NCBI GenBank assembly: GCA_035084275.1
Contig: CM068749.1
Location: forward strand, 9,114,001-9,178,000
Direction of reading: 5' to 3'
DNA length: 64,000 nt
Source of the DNA: Hydrolagus colliei
Lineage: Eukaryota
How positions within the stretch are numbered: the stretch's first letter is position 1; the number at the start of each line of letters is the position of its first letter. Positions 1-11,394 of this stretch are shown here, one piece after another. The notes below the pieces were generated by a model. That model worked only from the letters and a program-made list of their open reading frames with translations, searched no databases and was not told the DNA's origin. Made by a program: the position numbers and the translations under genes.

Positions 1-169
1 CACAGCCTGTTTCTAACTTTTCTTGTTTCTAACTTTTAAAGGTAAACCTTTGTTGAGCCACTGGTGATGGCTGAGCAAAGGTAGAAAACTTGTAATGTAT
101 GGGAATTTTTCATGCTTTAAATGCATAAGGCCTTAATGTAATCCTGTACTTTGTTTCCTATGTATTTTT

Positions 170-189
170 TTCCTTAATGACTGGTGCAC
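170..189 (+). promoter_or_regulatory. Probable U12-type branch point and AC 3' splice site of ARPC5 intron 1
   Basis: TTCCTTAAT (170-178) is close to the U12 branch consensus TTCCTTAAC and lies about 10 nt upstream of CAC|A GGA AAT ATG. There is no polypyrimidine tract between them. Confidence 0.7.
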
Positions 190-1842
190 AGGAAATATGA
201 GTGGAGCTCTCCAGGCAGCGCTGAAAAATCCCCCAACTAACACAAAGAATCAGGCAGTTAAGGTAAGGCTGCATTATCTTTATATGAGCCATGACTGGCT
301 GTTTCGTGCAGGTATTGGATGGCTATCAAAAAACGAAATTGAAGATTTAAAATTGGACTGTTTTCCCTACAATATGTTCAAAGTTTAAAAACTAATGAAA
401 ATCTTAGTTATTAGTTCCAATCTGCCAAACAGCAGCTGGCATTCTGTCCATTTGATGTTACAGTATCTTATTCGGATATCATTGAGTTTAAAATCTGGTT
501 TGCCTGAGTCAATGCATGCTTTAAATGTAAAGGCAAGAAGAGTTGGAGTGAAGCTATGAATGGTCCAATAGAATTACTGCCCTCACATAGATTCAATCTA
601 TTCATGATTTGGCAGCACATTGTGGCATGGAGAACTTCACTGTTCATATGAAAAGGTAGACGGGCTCATTAAATTTAATTTGATCAGATACTATTGATTT
701 TGAATGTTTGAATTTTCCAGAGTTTTGGATTGAAATTGAGCACTTTCCATTTCTAGGACCGGGCGGAAAATACTGTTCTGAAGGTTTTGACTTCATTTAA
801 AAGTAACGATATTGAAAAGGCAGTTCAGTCCCTCGACAAGAATAGTGTTGATCTCCTGATGCAGTATGTCTACAAAGGGTTTGAGAAGCCATCGGAAAAC
901 AACAGTGCACATTTACTACTATGGCATGAAAAGGTAAGAGCTGCTTGGTATTCATATATCCATTGATTTCTAATATATTAATCTGCACCATTTAAAGGAA
1001 GGCTCTAGCCTCTGTATTTATTAACAGAATGGTCTTGAAACATTTTATTTTCTAACCATAAGTCAAAATGTTGATTTTTATTCATATTTAGCAGATGGTA
1101 TTGTATATGTACATAGTGAGTGACAATCCCAAATCATGGATGTTGTCTCAACAATGCAAGTGGTTCTCCTGAGATTTCCTACCAACTTTTTTTCAATATC
1201 TGTTGGCCTAGCTCAACAGATATTGTTGGGCTTGAACCCACAACTTTCTGACTCAAAGGCAAGTCTAAGCTGAAACTGCAATGCAAGTGGGCTACAGTAC
1301 AGGAGAGACGGAGGGTGGGGGGAATTCATTATCAGAGGTGCTATGCTTTGGATGAGGTGTACATAAAGATCTCATGGCACTACTTGAAAAGAGGAGGGAA
1401 TTTCTCCCAGTGTTTTGGCCAACAATCCCTCAAATAAAATTGTTCACTCATTCCGAGACTGTGGGACATTGCTGTGTGCAAACTGCTGCTTTGTTTAGCC
1501 CAGAAAATACAGTATCTACTTGACAGTATATCCTGTAAAGTGCTTTGAGACATCTCAACAACATAATAAGGCGCTTTAGATTATTATAATATTTCTGTCT
1601 CTGATGAGACTCAACCCAATATCTATAGGAATTACTTTAAAGTGGTTAGTAATTTATACTTCAGTGAGAAACTTAGAGATGCTGGTGGAATATAGATTAG
1701 AGGTGATTTTTCCCTCCAATACTAAACATCTTGGACTCTCTGAACAAATTATTAACTGGATCTTTTGTGTTTTCTTCAGACTTTAGCAGTTGGAGGAGTG
1801 GGAACTGTTGTAAGAGTTCTAACAGCAAGGAAAACAGTTTAA
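190..1842 (+). CDS. ARPC5: Actin-related protein 2/3 complex subunit 5 (p16-Arc), last three coding exons; 5' exon outside the window
   Basis: Exons 190-262, 757-933 and 1780-1842 (TAA) join in frame to ...[24 protein letters not shown]|[59 protein letters not shown]|[20 protein letters not shown]. The two downstream introns are [17 protein letters not shown] and [13 protein letters not shown], plus the NCF2/SMG7 neighbourhood, favour ARPC5 over ARPC5L. Confidence 0.95.
1335..1590 (+). mobile_element. DeuSINE-type SINE (Deu domain plus L2-like tail), degraded
   Basis: Contains GGATGAG...AAAGATCTCATGGCACTA...TTCTCCCAGTGTTTTGGCCAACA...GTGGGACATTGCTGTGTGCAAA, typical of the Deu domain. Related copies at about 9000-9330, 11930-12170, 12740-12965 (-), 14485-14735 (-), 18360-18655, 21730-22120, 34990-35125 (-) and 43180-43365 (-). 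Boundaries approximate. Confidence 0.7.
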
Positions 1843-3941
1843 CTATTGGAGGTAGGAGCAGCTGTCTGGTACAAAGGAATTGTTGGCGCCCAGACCAAAA
1901 GAACCACTTCGTGCAACTCTGGAGTCATATAATCTTTCTATTTCACTTTATTTTTTGGCTTGCTTTTTATGGCTAATCTGTATACATTATTATCTCCATT
2001 CCACTGTCAGCCAGAATCCACAGTGCAATTAATCCTTGTTTTATATGCACAATATTTAGTACAAAAGCCTGTGTTTTTTTACTTTTTTTTAAAAAAGGTA
2101 AAGAATGCGGAATTGCCAGGCAACTAAGATATATATTTTTTTCAGAAAATCTTTGCTGAGGTTGTACCATTTCCTTAAATGTTTAGTTGAATAAAGGGTA
2201 CAGTGGATGATTGTGTGATGCAGGCAGCAAATTAATTGCTTGAAACTTGATGTGTTCAAGTACAATTACTTCCTTAATGGTCGTTTTAGATTGACGCCAT
2301 GCCTTTTTGGTGAGTTGTAATCATGTGGTATTAAGTAAGGTTTTATTAAAAAAAACATCCATTTGAAATCAAGGGGTTGGATAAATAATTGGTGGTTTCT
2401 AGAAGCTTTACTGTGCAGTGTTTTCATACTAAAATGATCACTGGTGTGGGGGAATAAGATAATTAATTGCATGCTTTGGAGGTAATGCTTGCTAATAGAT
2501 CAGTAAGCTGTTTTCTAATTTTTTTTAACTTTTAAACTTAATAATGACCGTTGCATCAATAGCAGGACCAGGCAAAGCCCAAAGGAAAACTTGGAAGAAA
2601 TATCCTGAGTCAGCATGCTAGTGGCTTACTCTCAGTCACTGCATTGCACTGTGTTAAGTGAGGGCATCAAGGTTTTGTAGACTTGCAGTTTTCAAAGGTA
2701 ATGTCGCACTATTACATTGACTAAATCTTAAGAATGGAGCCTAATGTTGATGCTTTTAGGAACGGGAGCAAGAATTGGTGTGATTTAACTGAGGAAGAAC
2801 TCTGAATTTACAGTTAGCACGTCACTTTTTTTCATTCTACATCAGTTTATGTATACCACATACAAATGTTTGAATATATCTTAAATTGGTATTGAATTTC
2901 AAACCTTCTGTGGGGGCGATTGAGGGGGTAAGAAATTCTACCAACCAGTATTAGAACAATGTACTCATAATCTGAAATGTTTTTAAAGTTCACAGAATTC
3001 TATAAATTAAAATCTGTGGAAAATGAGTTTGAAGCAGTCACCATGAAAATAGGTAGACGGGGAAATTTAAGCGTTGTACAGCACCTTTAATAGATGCTGA
3101 AGCTTTGGCTGAATATTTAGTTCCTACGTCACTTCTTAGTATTTATGATTTGTTTTCCAGCTAACATACTACATGTCTGTAGACTCCATGTCTACAGGCT
3201 CAAATAAAAGTCTATAAAAACTTCAGGCTTTAGACGCATGGCAGGAAATAGCACTATAGTGGGTAGTGGCAGCCATATTGAATTTGAAATCTCCGCCTGC
3301 CATTTTCCGAAAATAGTAAACAAGACAGTGATGCATCTTGGAGTTCAGGCACTGTTTACACTTGAATATTCAATTGCTGACTCTAGTATTCTGCATGTAG
3401 CCTTAAAGTGTGTATGTTGGATGTAGTCAGTACTATTAGACAGGCTCTCCAGTGAGACTACATACTGTAAGGTTTGTATTTCACTGCAGCTCCATGGCAC
3501 CTATTAGAGTAGTAAGAAACATTGATCTTGGCCTGTTTGAGGAGCTTCATCGAGGCAACTGCCTTAAAGTATAGATCTATATACAACAATTCCAAATCTC
3601 CCAACAGACTTGTCAGCTCCACTTTGAGCACCGTGCATTTTGTACATTTTCAAATCGTGAACACATGTTCTTTTAAAAGCAGTTCCACTTCAGGTTAAGA
3701 AGTCTACAAAGTCATTGAACCGTGCCACCTCCACCCCATCCTTTCCTTCCCACAATGTCATTGATTGTGAATGTGGGTATCAATCTTGATAGTTCCACCC
3801 TCATTGTATCTAATTACAATGTCTTGAAACAAGTGTATTAATGTGATAAAATATTTTAAGTTCATGACCAAATCTTGTTCTAGCTGGAAATGTATTGTAA
3901 TGAAATTGCCTTGAGATTTTGTAATGCTTTTTTTGAAAGAC

Positions 3942-3947
3942 AATAAA
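3942..3947 (+). terminator. Candidate distal polyadenylation signal of ARPC5
   Basis: AATAAA at the end of an apparently repeat-poor ~2.1 kb stretch after the stop, followed by T/GT-rich sequence. Other AATAAA hexamers occur at 2190 and 3203. Confidence 0.45.
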
Positions 3948-4629
3948 AATTATTGTTCAAATGATTGTAATCTTTTATTGAATGCAAACAGGATAAAATT
4001 AAAGTTGAAGGTAAACTGTCTTTGCTTTCCCCAAAACATTTAATGCTAATAAAATAGAACAGGCTCAGTGGGTTAAACGGTGTACTCCTATATCTGTTCT
4101 ATGTTACACTAGCTTTGGATTGTTTGTTGCCTCTCTATTTTCTCCAATACAATCAAATGGGGTGGAGAGGGAGGGATCTGAAACCAATATGGAGATGTTG
4201 CATACTTACATGTTTGTACTCCAGTTTCTCTCCTGTTGCTTGAATTATGCGTGTGATCGAATAGAAAGTTCTATATTATAAATAATAGGAAAACAAATTC
4301 TATGGAAAAATACCTTGCTATCTCTTAAACGTGCTTAGAAGTAGGAGTTTGTTTTTGATGCCTGAGACTTCCATCTGCCTTTGGATCAGAAATTGAATGT
4401 ACAGGTAAGGTCCCCTCTTGGCCTGAGGATTGCATTTATCCTTGCATTATCCTTCATGCAGGTTCGCATCCAAGAGTGCATAATAATGCAGTTTGACATA
4501 TTTGAATAAAGCCCCTTTCATGTCAAGAGGATGTCTCAAGGCATTTCTGAGATATGCTGTAAAGTGTAATGATTATTTTATAGGTCAATGCAGTACCCAA
4601 TTTGTGCACAGCAATGTCACACAATCTGC

Positions 4630-5000
4630 CATAATAATCCTTGCATTTGATATAGCTCCTTTTTACGTCTTCTGGATGTCTCAAAGTGCTTCACAGAATA
4701 TACTGTAAAGTGAATTGACCTTATGTGGGTAAAATGCGGTAGCAAATTGCGCACAGCAGTGTCCCACAAACAGTCGTGAATTGAAATGACCAATTATTGG
4801 GGGGTTTTCTTGAGGGATTATTTTCAAGTGTGTGGAGTAAAACTTGCCCAAGGTTTCGCCCTGTCTGGAGTCAACAACAATAACAACAATAACTTTGATT
4901 TATATAGTGCCCTCCACGCCGGACGCCATCTCAGCGCTTCAAATCCAGGTCTCTCACTTGCAAGGCGAGTCCTCTAATCACTGAGGTACAGAATTCCACA
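4630..5000 (-). mobile_element. tRNA-headed SINE with L2-like 3' tail, interrupted by a short LINE-tail insertion at 4872-4939
   Basis: Reverse-strand match to the recurrent family: tRNA-like head, CCTTGGGCAAGTTTCCTTACTCCACAC core, and AAGCGCTTTGAGAC...TATCAAATGCAAGGATTATTAT tail. Confidence 0.75.
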
Positions 5001-5089
5001 TGAAGTTAATGACCAATTTTATTTGATGATTATTAGCCAGAATCCTGGGAGAAATTCCTTTTGCTTCAAATTTTGCCTTGGGAGCTTTA

Positions 5090-5482
5090 ACATTCACCTT
5101 GCACCTCTGATCTCCTAACCTCCAACCAACCTTGGGACTTCCTCACAGAGTGAAAGGCGCTAGACAAATTAAATTGTGTTTTCCACTCAGTGTGCTCCAG
5201 CCTGCTTCCCGTCACCTGCCTTGCCTGTGACACCATTGGCAGCAGGCTTTCAGCCTGTCCGGCCCTCTCAATTGCATCCCACAGTCTCTTCCCCTTGCCT
5301 TCTCTCTTGCCTCCTTGAAGATCCATCTCAAGACCCTCCTCTTCAATCATGCCTTCGGTCACCAACCCCATCCAGCACCTTTCTTGATCCCAACATCCAG
5401 CACAGTTGTGGATCCCTGACTCCTTGCAACAGCCTTCCTAGTATGAAAGGTGTTACACAAATTCAACAGCTGCCTTGTTGAA
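5090..5482 (+). mobile_element. L2-type LINE 3' fragments, degraded
   Basis: Similar to the 3' end of the L2 at 29.9-31.6 kb (GGCTTTCAGC...CCCACAGTCTCTT...AAGACCCTCCTCTTCAATCATGCCTTC...TGAAAGG). Similar fragments at about 17340-17545, 18028-18220, 35230-35620, 56430-56640, 61250-61505 (-) and 63100-63300 (-). Confidence 0.6.
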
Positions 5483-7082
5483 CAGGCAGCTGGGACCACA
5501 ATTTAACATCTAATTGAACTAAGCTGACAAACTTGCCATATCTTGGTGGGAAGGGGGAAGAGAATCAACCATTGTAAGGGACAAAAAGAACCTATATAAA
5601 ACTTTACAAGAAAGATTCTACGGTGAACAAAATTCAAGTTTCCTATTGGTATAAGCCCTGGTGTAATCAATGCACAGAAAGTGAATTAAAAAGAGGCAAT
5701 CAGTGATGTTCTGCAATTGTTTTTATTTTTTAAATAATAATCCTTGCATTTGATATAGTGCCTTTCACATCTTCTAAGATGAATCAAAGCACTTGTTAAG
5801 AATTAAGGATTTATATAACTATTCCTACTTGCCATCCAATTGTATCAACAACAACCTTTGATTTATATAGCGCCCTCCATGCCGGATGGCGTCTCAGAGC
5901 GCTTATAGAACACTTACCACCATTACTTTGTAATAAAGAGATTAGTTTGTAGCATTGCTATATTTTCATTTCAAGAGTTGATTAAATTCCTCTTCCTTAA
6001 ACTGCCAGTTCTAGAAGGAGTGGGGGGAAGGGGGAGAAGAAAATGTGACTCACTAATTGACTGGGTTCACAGACATAATGGGTGCATTTGTTCCCATTGT
6101 AGTACTTCTGATTTATCCAAGGCAACCTCAGCCAGTAATCTAGATATTGCGTTCAGTAGGGAGTTGAGTTGGGAAGGACATCCACTTGCTGTCTGTGCGG
6201 GCGCTTCACTGAGAAACAGCCAAGTTTTCAACTTTTGCAGAGCTGAAAAGAAGCAGGATGTGGTAAGAACTGTGGCAAAACATGAATGAACTGTTGAGGT
6301 CACTTTTTTTTAATGTTCTGGTGTCACAATTGAGAACGATTCCTTTTAAGGTTAGGACTGAACTGAGTGACCTGTGCAGAGTTAGCTTGGCTGCAAATGT
6401 GGTTTCCAATTTGAATGGATCATTATTTGAATGCAATTAAATGGATTTAGTTGTTTTTATTTTGAAACGAAGGCGAAAACTGTTGACCTTGAATTAATAC
6501 AACTTCCATTAGCCAAGAGAGCAGGGCAGCATATTCTGCAAATGTGCTTGTCACCACTTTGTCTCCCGATGCCTGAAATGAAGTTGGATTTCAGCTGAAC
6601 AAGTCGTCATTTTTCATCAAAGCAAGAAATGTAAGCTACCTTCAGCACCATTCAAATTAATGTGACCCTGGGAATTTAACACAGGCCCATGTTTTTAAAG
6701 GTTAGAAAAGCTAAAGTCTGCTTTACGTTGCCACTGTTCGTTATTCAACTGTTCACTCAAAGTAGAGCAATTTTGAGTTCCATCTGACTTTCAAACCCCA
6801 AATTATTTTTTAATTATTGAAAGATTCAGCAAGTCCTACCACAATCAGGAACAGAGACATCTTAATCGGTGTGTACTGAATGACTTGGGAAATGTTTTCC
6901 CAAGGAAATGTTTTGTTCTGCAATTTTTTTCTTCACTTTTTTTTTCTTCAGCTCTGTAAGCTCTACTCCAAGGCTTCATAGGAACCATTCAGCCCTGAAA
7001 CCTCTTCCAGCATGTTATTACGTCATGGCTGATCTGTACCTCAACTCCATTGATTCGAACTCCAAGCATTATGAAAAACTGT

Positions 7083-7640
7083 GGAGTCCTGTAGCTCACT
7101 GCAGAACACTTGCCTTACAAGCGAGAGACTTGGGTTCAATTCCAGGCAGGGCAAAACCTTGAGCAAGTTTCCTTACTCCACACCCCTGATAATAATCCCT
7201 GATAATAATCCAGTAATAAATTGATCATCTCAATCCATGACTTTGTGGGCACAGCTGTGCGCAATTCATAGAATCATAGAATTGTAGAATTTTACGGAGC
7301 AAAAGGAGACCATTCAGCCTATCGAGTCTGTGCCAGCTCTTTAAAAAGAGCAATTTAATCCCACTCCCCACTTCCCATTCAGGGCAAAACCTTGGGCAAG
7401 TTTCCTTACTCCACACGCCTGACAATAATCCCTCAAGAAAAAAGCACAATAATAAATTGGCTGCCACGTTTCGCTGGCAAAATATGCAGTCAATTCACTT
7501 TACAGTATCTTCTGTGAAGTGCTTTGAGATGTCTTGAAGACGTGAAAAGCACAATATCAAATGCAAGAATTATGCTATGTCCCACAAACAGTTGTGGATT
7601 GAAGTGACCAGTTTTATTATTGTTTTTTTTCTTTCAGAGC
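7083..7640 (+). mobile_element. Cluster of tRNA(Val)-like-headed SINE pieces with a nested CR1 3' end (7267-7380, minus strand)
   Basis: Head GGAGTCCTGTAGCTCA...CCTTACAAGCGAGAGACTTGGGTTCAATTCC has A/B-box-like motifs. CATAGAATCATAGAAT is the reverse complement of a CR1-type (ATTCTATG)n tail. Confidence 0.7.
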
Positions 7641-7748
7641 TGTAAATGAAGATCCGACTGGTACATTTTCTTGACCCTCACACCAAAGGAATGTAAATAT
7701 TCTCTGATTGAACTGTAACCATCCACACCTATCCTTGCTTGGTGCTTG

Positions 7749-10700
7749 TTAACTATCCAGAATCTCGCTCAATAAGTCACTATTGGCCGAAACCCATTGC
7801 CTGAAGGATTGCAATTCAGGATGCAATTGCAGGCTTAAAGTCCTGTTCATTTTCTGACCTCCTCTCTTCCAGAATTCAAACATATTCCCAAGGTCCTGAG
7901 AGCCTGCTCCGCCAAACTTCTCCACAAAGTTTCTGACCGAAATCTGTCACAAAGGGAAAACAAAAGTAAAACTTTGTTCAGAGCATTGAACCAAAAAGGA
8001 CCAGGTTGGGTGGGGTGAGTGGGTCAGTGAGCAAAGTATTGCTTTGTGTGGATTCATGCTGTTAGCATTTGGTTTAAAGAATACAGTAAAACTTGTTCAA
8101 AGCTGATCTATATAAATCCTACAATTACCTAAGTCTCCCCCAATTTAACTTGGGGCCAATCTGCCAAAGCCATGTTGAATTTACTGCAACTTATGCGAGT
8201 TTCACATAACTTTGGATAAGTCATATTAAATGTCTGGTCCCAACTGGTATGATTTATGTGAGGTTTACAAGAACTACAAAATTACATTTTTGGAGTGCCT
8301 TTCATGTCGGGAGAATGTTTACTGTACCATGTTTGTAACACCACAACATAGAAAGTCATAGCACAGACATAAGCCATTTGGCCCAACTGGTCTATTATAC
8401 TTCACATGAGCCTTCACAATAACAACTTGTATTTACATAGGGATTTTCATGTTTTATATTTTTAAAAGTTTCAAAGGATTAACTATTGGTAAGGGAAGAA
8501 AAGAGGGGCTGGCGATTTTAAAATGGTGAGATTCCTCCACATCTGTGTGATTTTTTAATCTGGTCTTCACAATGTGTTAACCTATGCTTTGAATTACAAT
8601 AACAAAATTACATTGATAGAGTGCCTTTCATGTCCCAAGGAGCTGAATTACAAGGATTCTGTTTAGATTCTTGGTGTTTTAAGTATTTGTTCTCTGTCTG
8701 TTGGGTGTTTTTTTTCTTCCAGTCTTTAGTTGTCCATCCATAAAACTTGGCAACAAAATCTGGACTAATATATCAACTGATAGTTCAGAATGTGCTGAGA
8801 GCAGATAGGATCTGTGCTTTTATGCGTCAATAAAATACCAGCAACTTGCTCTTTGTCAGGTGTTGTTGACAGCTTTCTCTACTTTACAATACCCATGTCA
8901 GAAACATCCAGAAATGTGCATCATCCTGGATCAGCTCATACCCTCTCAGTGACAAGGTTTAGGGGTTGAGGACTTTGAACACATGTAGTCCAGACTGACA
9001 CTAATGCAGTTATGGGGGTGGCACTGCAATGTTGAAGGTAAACATCCTTTGGATGAGACATTAAACTGAAGTCCCACCTGTCTAATTAATGGAAGTTAAA
9101 GATTGTTTGGCACTATTCAAAGGAGATTGGAATTTGTCCCTGTGTCCTGGCCAATAATCCTCACATAAAAATTAATCATTCAGTTTGTCTCTGTGGGATA
9201 CTGTGTTACTGTGTGCAAACTAGCTGCAGAATTTGCCTGCAAAATAGAGTCACCATACTTTTACAGTATATCCTGACTTCCTGAAATTCCATCCTATTTG
9301 AGAAGAGCTATAAATTCAAGTTGTTGTAATGTGCTCTGAATTTTGTCACAACACTTAACGTGGAAATTCTGTGATCATCTTTGAGATGGTTTGACAACAG
9401 GATAAGGCACCGTATGAAAATGCAAAGATGAATTTGTTTTGACTGTTGTTTTCCTAAGGTGGTTATACCCGGGAATCCTTAATCCTTTTGGGGTCCAGGT
9501 GGTGGCTGAGGATTTGTCCGTATTCCTGGATTTGCAGCCTATCAGCAGACAGAAAGCAGCTCTTGCCTATCCAGCGCTTGGGGGCTTTAAATAAGGCTGT
9601 CACGATCGGACCAATCTGCTTGATGCTTATTCCGTCCATGGCTGTATCTCCCATTGGGATAGCTGTAAGCAATCCACAAGTTATAAGAAGCACACCATTG
9701 ACAACTTGGACATTTCCACTTGGCACCTCATACAATAACAACATAATAATAATAATCCTTGCATTTGATATAGTGCTTTTTTATGTCTTCTAGATGTCTC
9801 AAAGTGCTTCACAGAATATACTCTAAAGTGAATCTACTATATAATCGTGGGCGAAATGCAGCAACCAATTGTGCACAGCAGTGTCCCACAAACTGTCGTG
9901 GATTGAAATTACCAATTTATTATTGGGGGGATTTTCTTGATGGATTATTATCAGGTGTGTAGAGCAAGGAAACTTGCCGAACATTTCGTCTTGCCTGGAA
10001 TTGAACCCAGGTCTCTCACTTCCAAAGTGAATACTCTAACCACTGAGCTATAGGACTCCGCTTGTATTTACATTGCGTTTCACACATGGCATGGGATCTT
10101 TGAACAGGCAGACGAGACCTCAGTTTAATGTCTCATCCTCTGAAAGTGCAACAGCCCATCTCCAGCACAGCATTCAAATGTCAAGTCCTGATGTGTGGCT
10201 TGAACCTACAATGTTCTCACTCAGAGGCGAGAGACCTTTCACTGCACCAGGCTGACAACAATGACTGAATTGAAGGGAATTGTTTCCATGTCGTATCGCT
10301 CTATGTAACACTTTGTAAACTACTCACCAATTTTATAAGTGTCTTTTCCAGCTGGGGTTGGTTTGAAAGTTGTAAGAAAGTTTTCAAAGTAAAAGGGAAC
10401 AATTATCTCAGTCTTGGGCAAAGCGATTTCATTCATGTAGTCATTAATGCAAGCCTTTGCATCCATATGCCTCGCTGGCAGGCTGTACTTCCTGTGGACG
10501 TGCTGGGCTCCATTGAACACAACTTGCTTGATGTTGTGCTTCTTGCACATGTCAGCGATCCTGTAGCCTTGTTGGATTTCAGTCTGTGAATTCATAATAA
10601 TACTCTATTATTCATTATTATTATTAATCAGTAATGACATGAATGAAGAGAGAAAACCTTGCCAGGTCTTATTAAAACTAATAAAACAACACAAGCATTC

Positions 10701-11394
10701 GCCTACAAATTGAAACCAAACCACTTTACAACGTATCCTATGAAGCGCTTTGAGGCATCACAATGACTTGTCATTTCTTTCTCTCCACACAGCAACCATT
10801 TGTCTTTTTATTTCACCCACAAAATACAGTTAATTCAAATGGCACTTTATCCTGTGAAATGCTTTGTGACTTCTCAACGACATGATGAGCTACTTATATG
10901 AAATGCATTATTATTACTATTTGCTCAGTGCCATTCTACACAGAAACTGTTCATTTTAACATGTTGGTTCAAAACACGGTCTTTACTGCAAAAAATCTGC
11001 AAAGCGCTTTGAGACGTTTTGACACTTAAGAAAAAATGACCAGACTTTCAAGCAAGCGAATAAAAACACGGCTGTTGTACTTCAGCTTTATAAGCCTTTG
11101 GGAAATCAACATTAAAGTGGTGCGACTGACCCTCAGAGGATCTGTGGTGCTGAAATCTGTATGGGTGACAACAAAGCACTTGTGTACATCCCTCAGAGCA
11201 GAGTCGATGGTTGAGGTTTGGTTGTAATCCACGGCCACAGTCTCTGCCCCGGAGGCCTGCAAGTGCCGAGCAGCTGGGTTGGTTAATTCACTCACTGCCG
11301 CGCGCAGTTTAAAGTTGCCGTCCTGGAGCAAGGCAGAGGCAACCTCATTGCCTTCGCTGCTATCAGCGCCAAACACCACTACCATCTCAGCCAT
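7749..11394 (-). CDS. NmrA-like family protein (NMRAL1/HSCARG-related atypical SDR, Rossmann fold), 4 coding exons, 302 aa
   Basis: Exons 11394-11131 (MAEMVVVFGADSSEG...DPLR), 10583-10328 (TEIQQGYRIAD...HMDAK...PFYFENFL...YKI), 9662-9469 (AIPMGDTAMDGISIKQIGP...KDSR) and 7943-7749 (ISVRNF...DLGNMFEFW...SFRQWV...ILDS*). All introns are GT-AG with phases 0/1/0, giving 909 nt with no internal stop. Colinear with NMRAL1 motifs (VVVFG..G, H.D.K, P.YFEN, P.GD..MDG.S...GP, DL.NMF.F, QW). The last exon is missing from the ORF track. Confidence 0.92.
9747..10060 (-). mobile_element. Near-full-length tRNA-headed SINE in an intron of the NmrA-like gene
   Basis: Read on the minus strand: GGAGTCCTATAGCTCAGTGGTTAGAG... 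head through to an (ATT)n tail. Confidence 0.8.

Noticed and set aside
3177-3197. 8-bp stem hairpin CTGTAGAC-TCCAT-GTCTACAG in the ARPC5 3' UTR
   Set aside because: Within chance expectation for 64 kb and matches no known element such as an IRE or SECIS.
7183-7212. Short direct repeats (CCTGATAATAATC twice) and other dispersed repeats as a CRISPR-like array
   Set aside because: A local slippage duplication in a SINE; no regular repeat-spacer structure, and the context is eukaryotic.
8081-8270. Possible old Tigger-like MITE starting TACAGTAAAACTTG
   Set aside because: The right TIR is too degraded to support boundaries.
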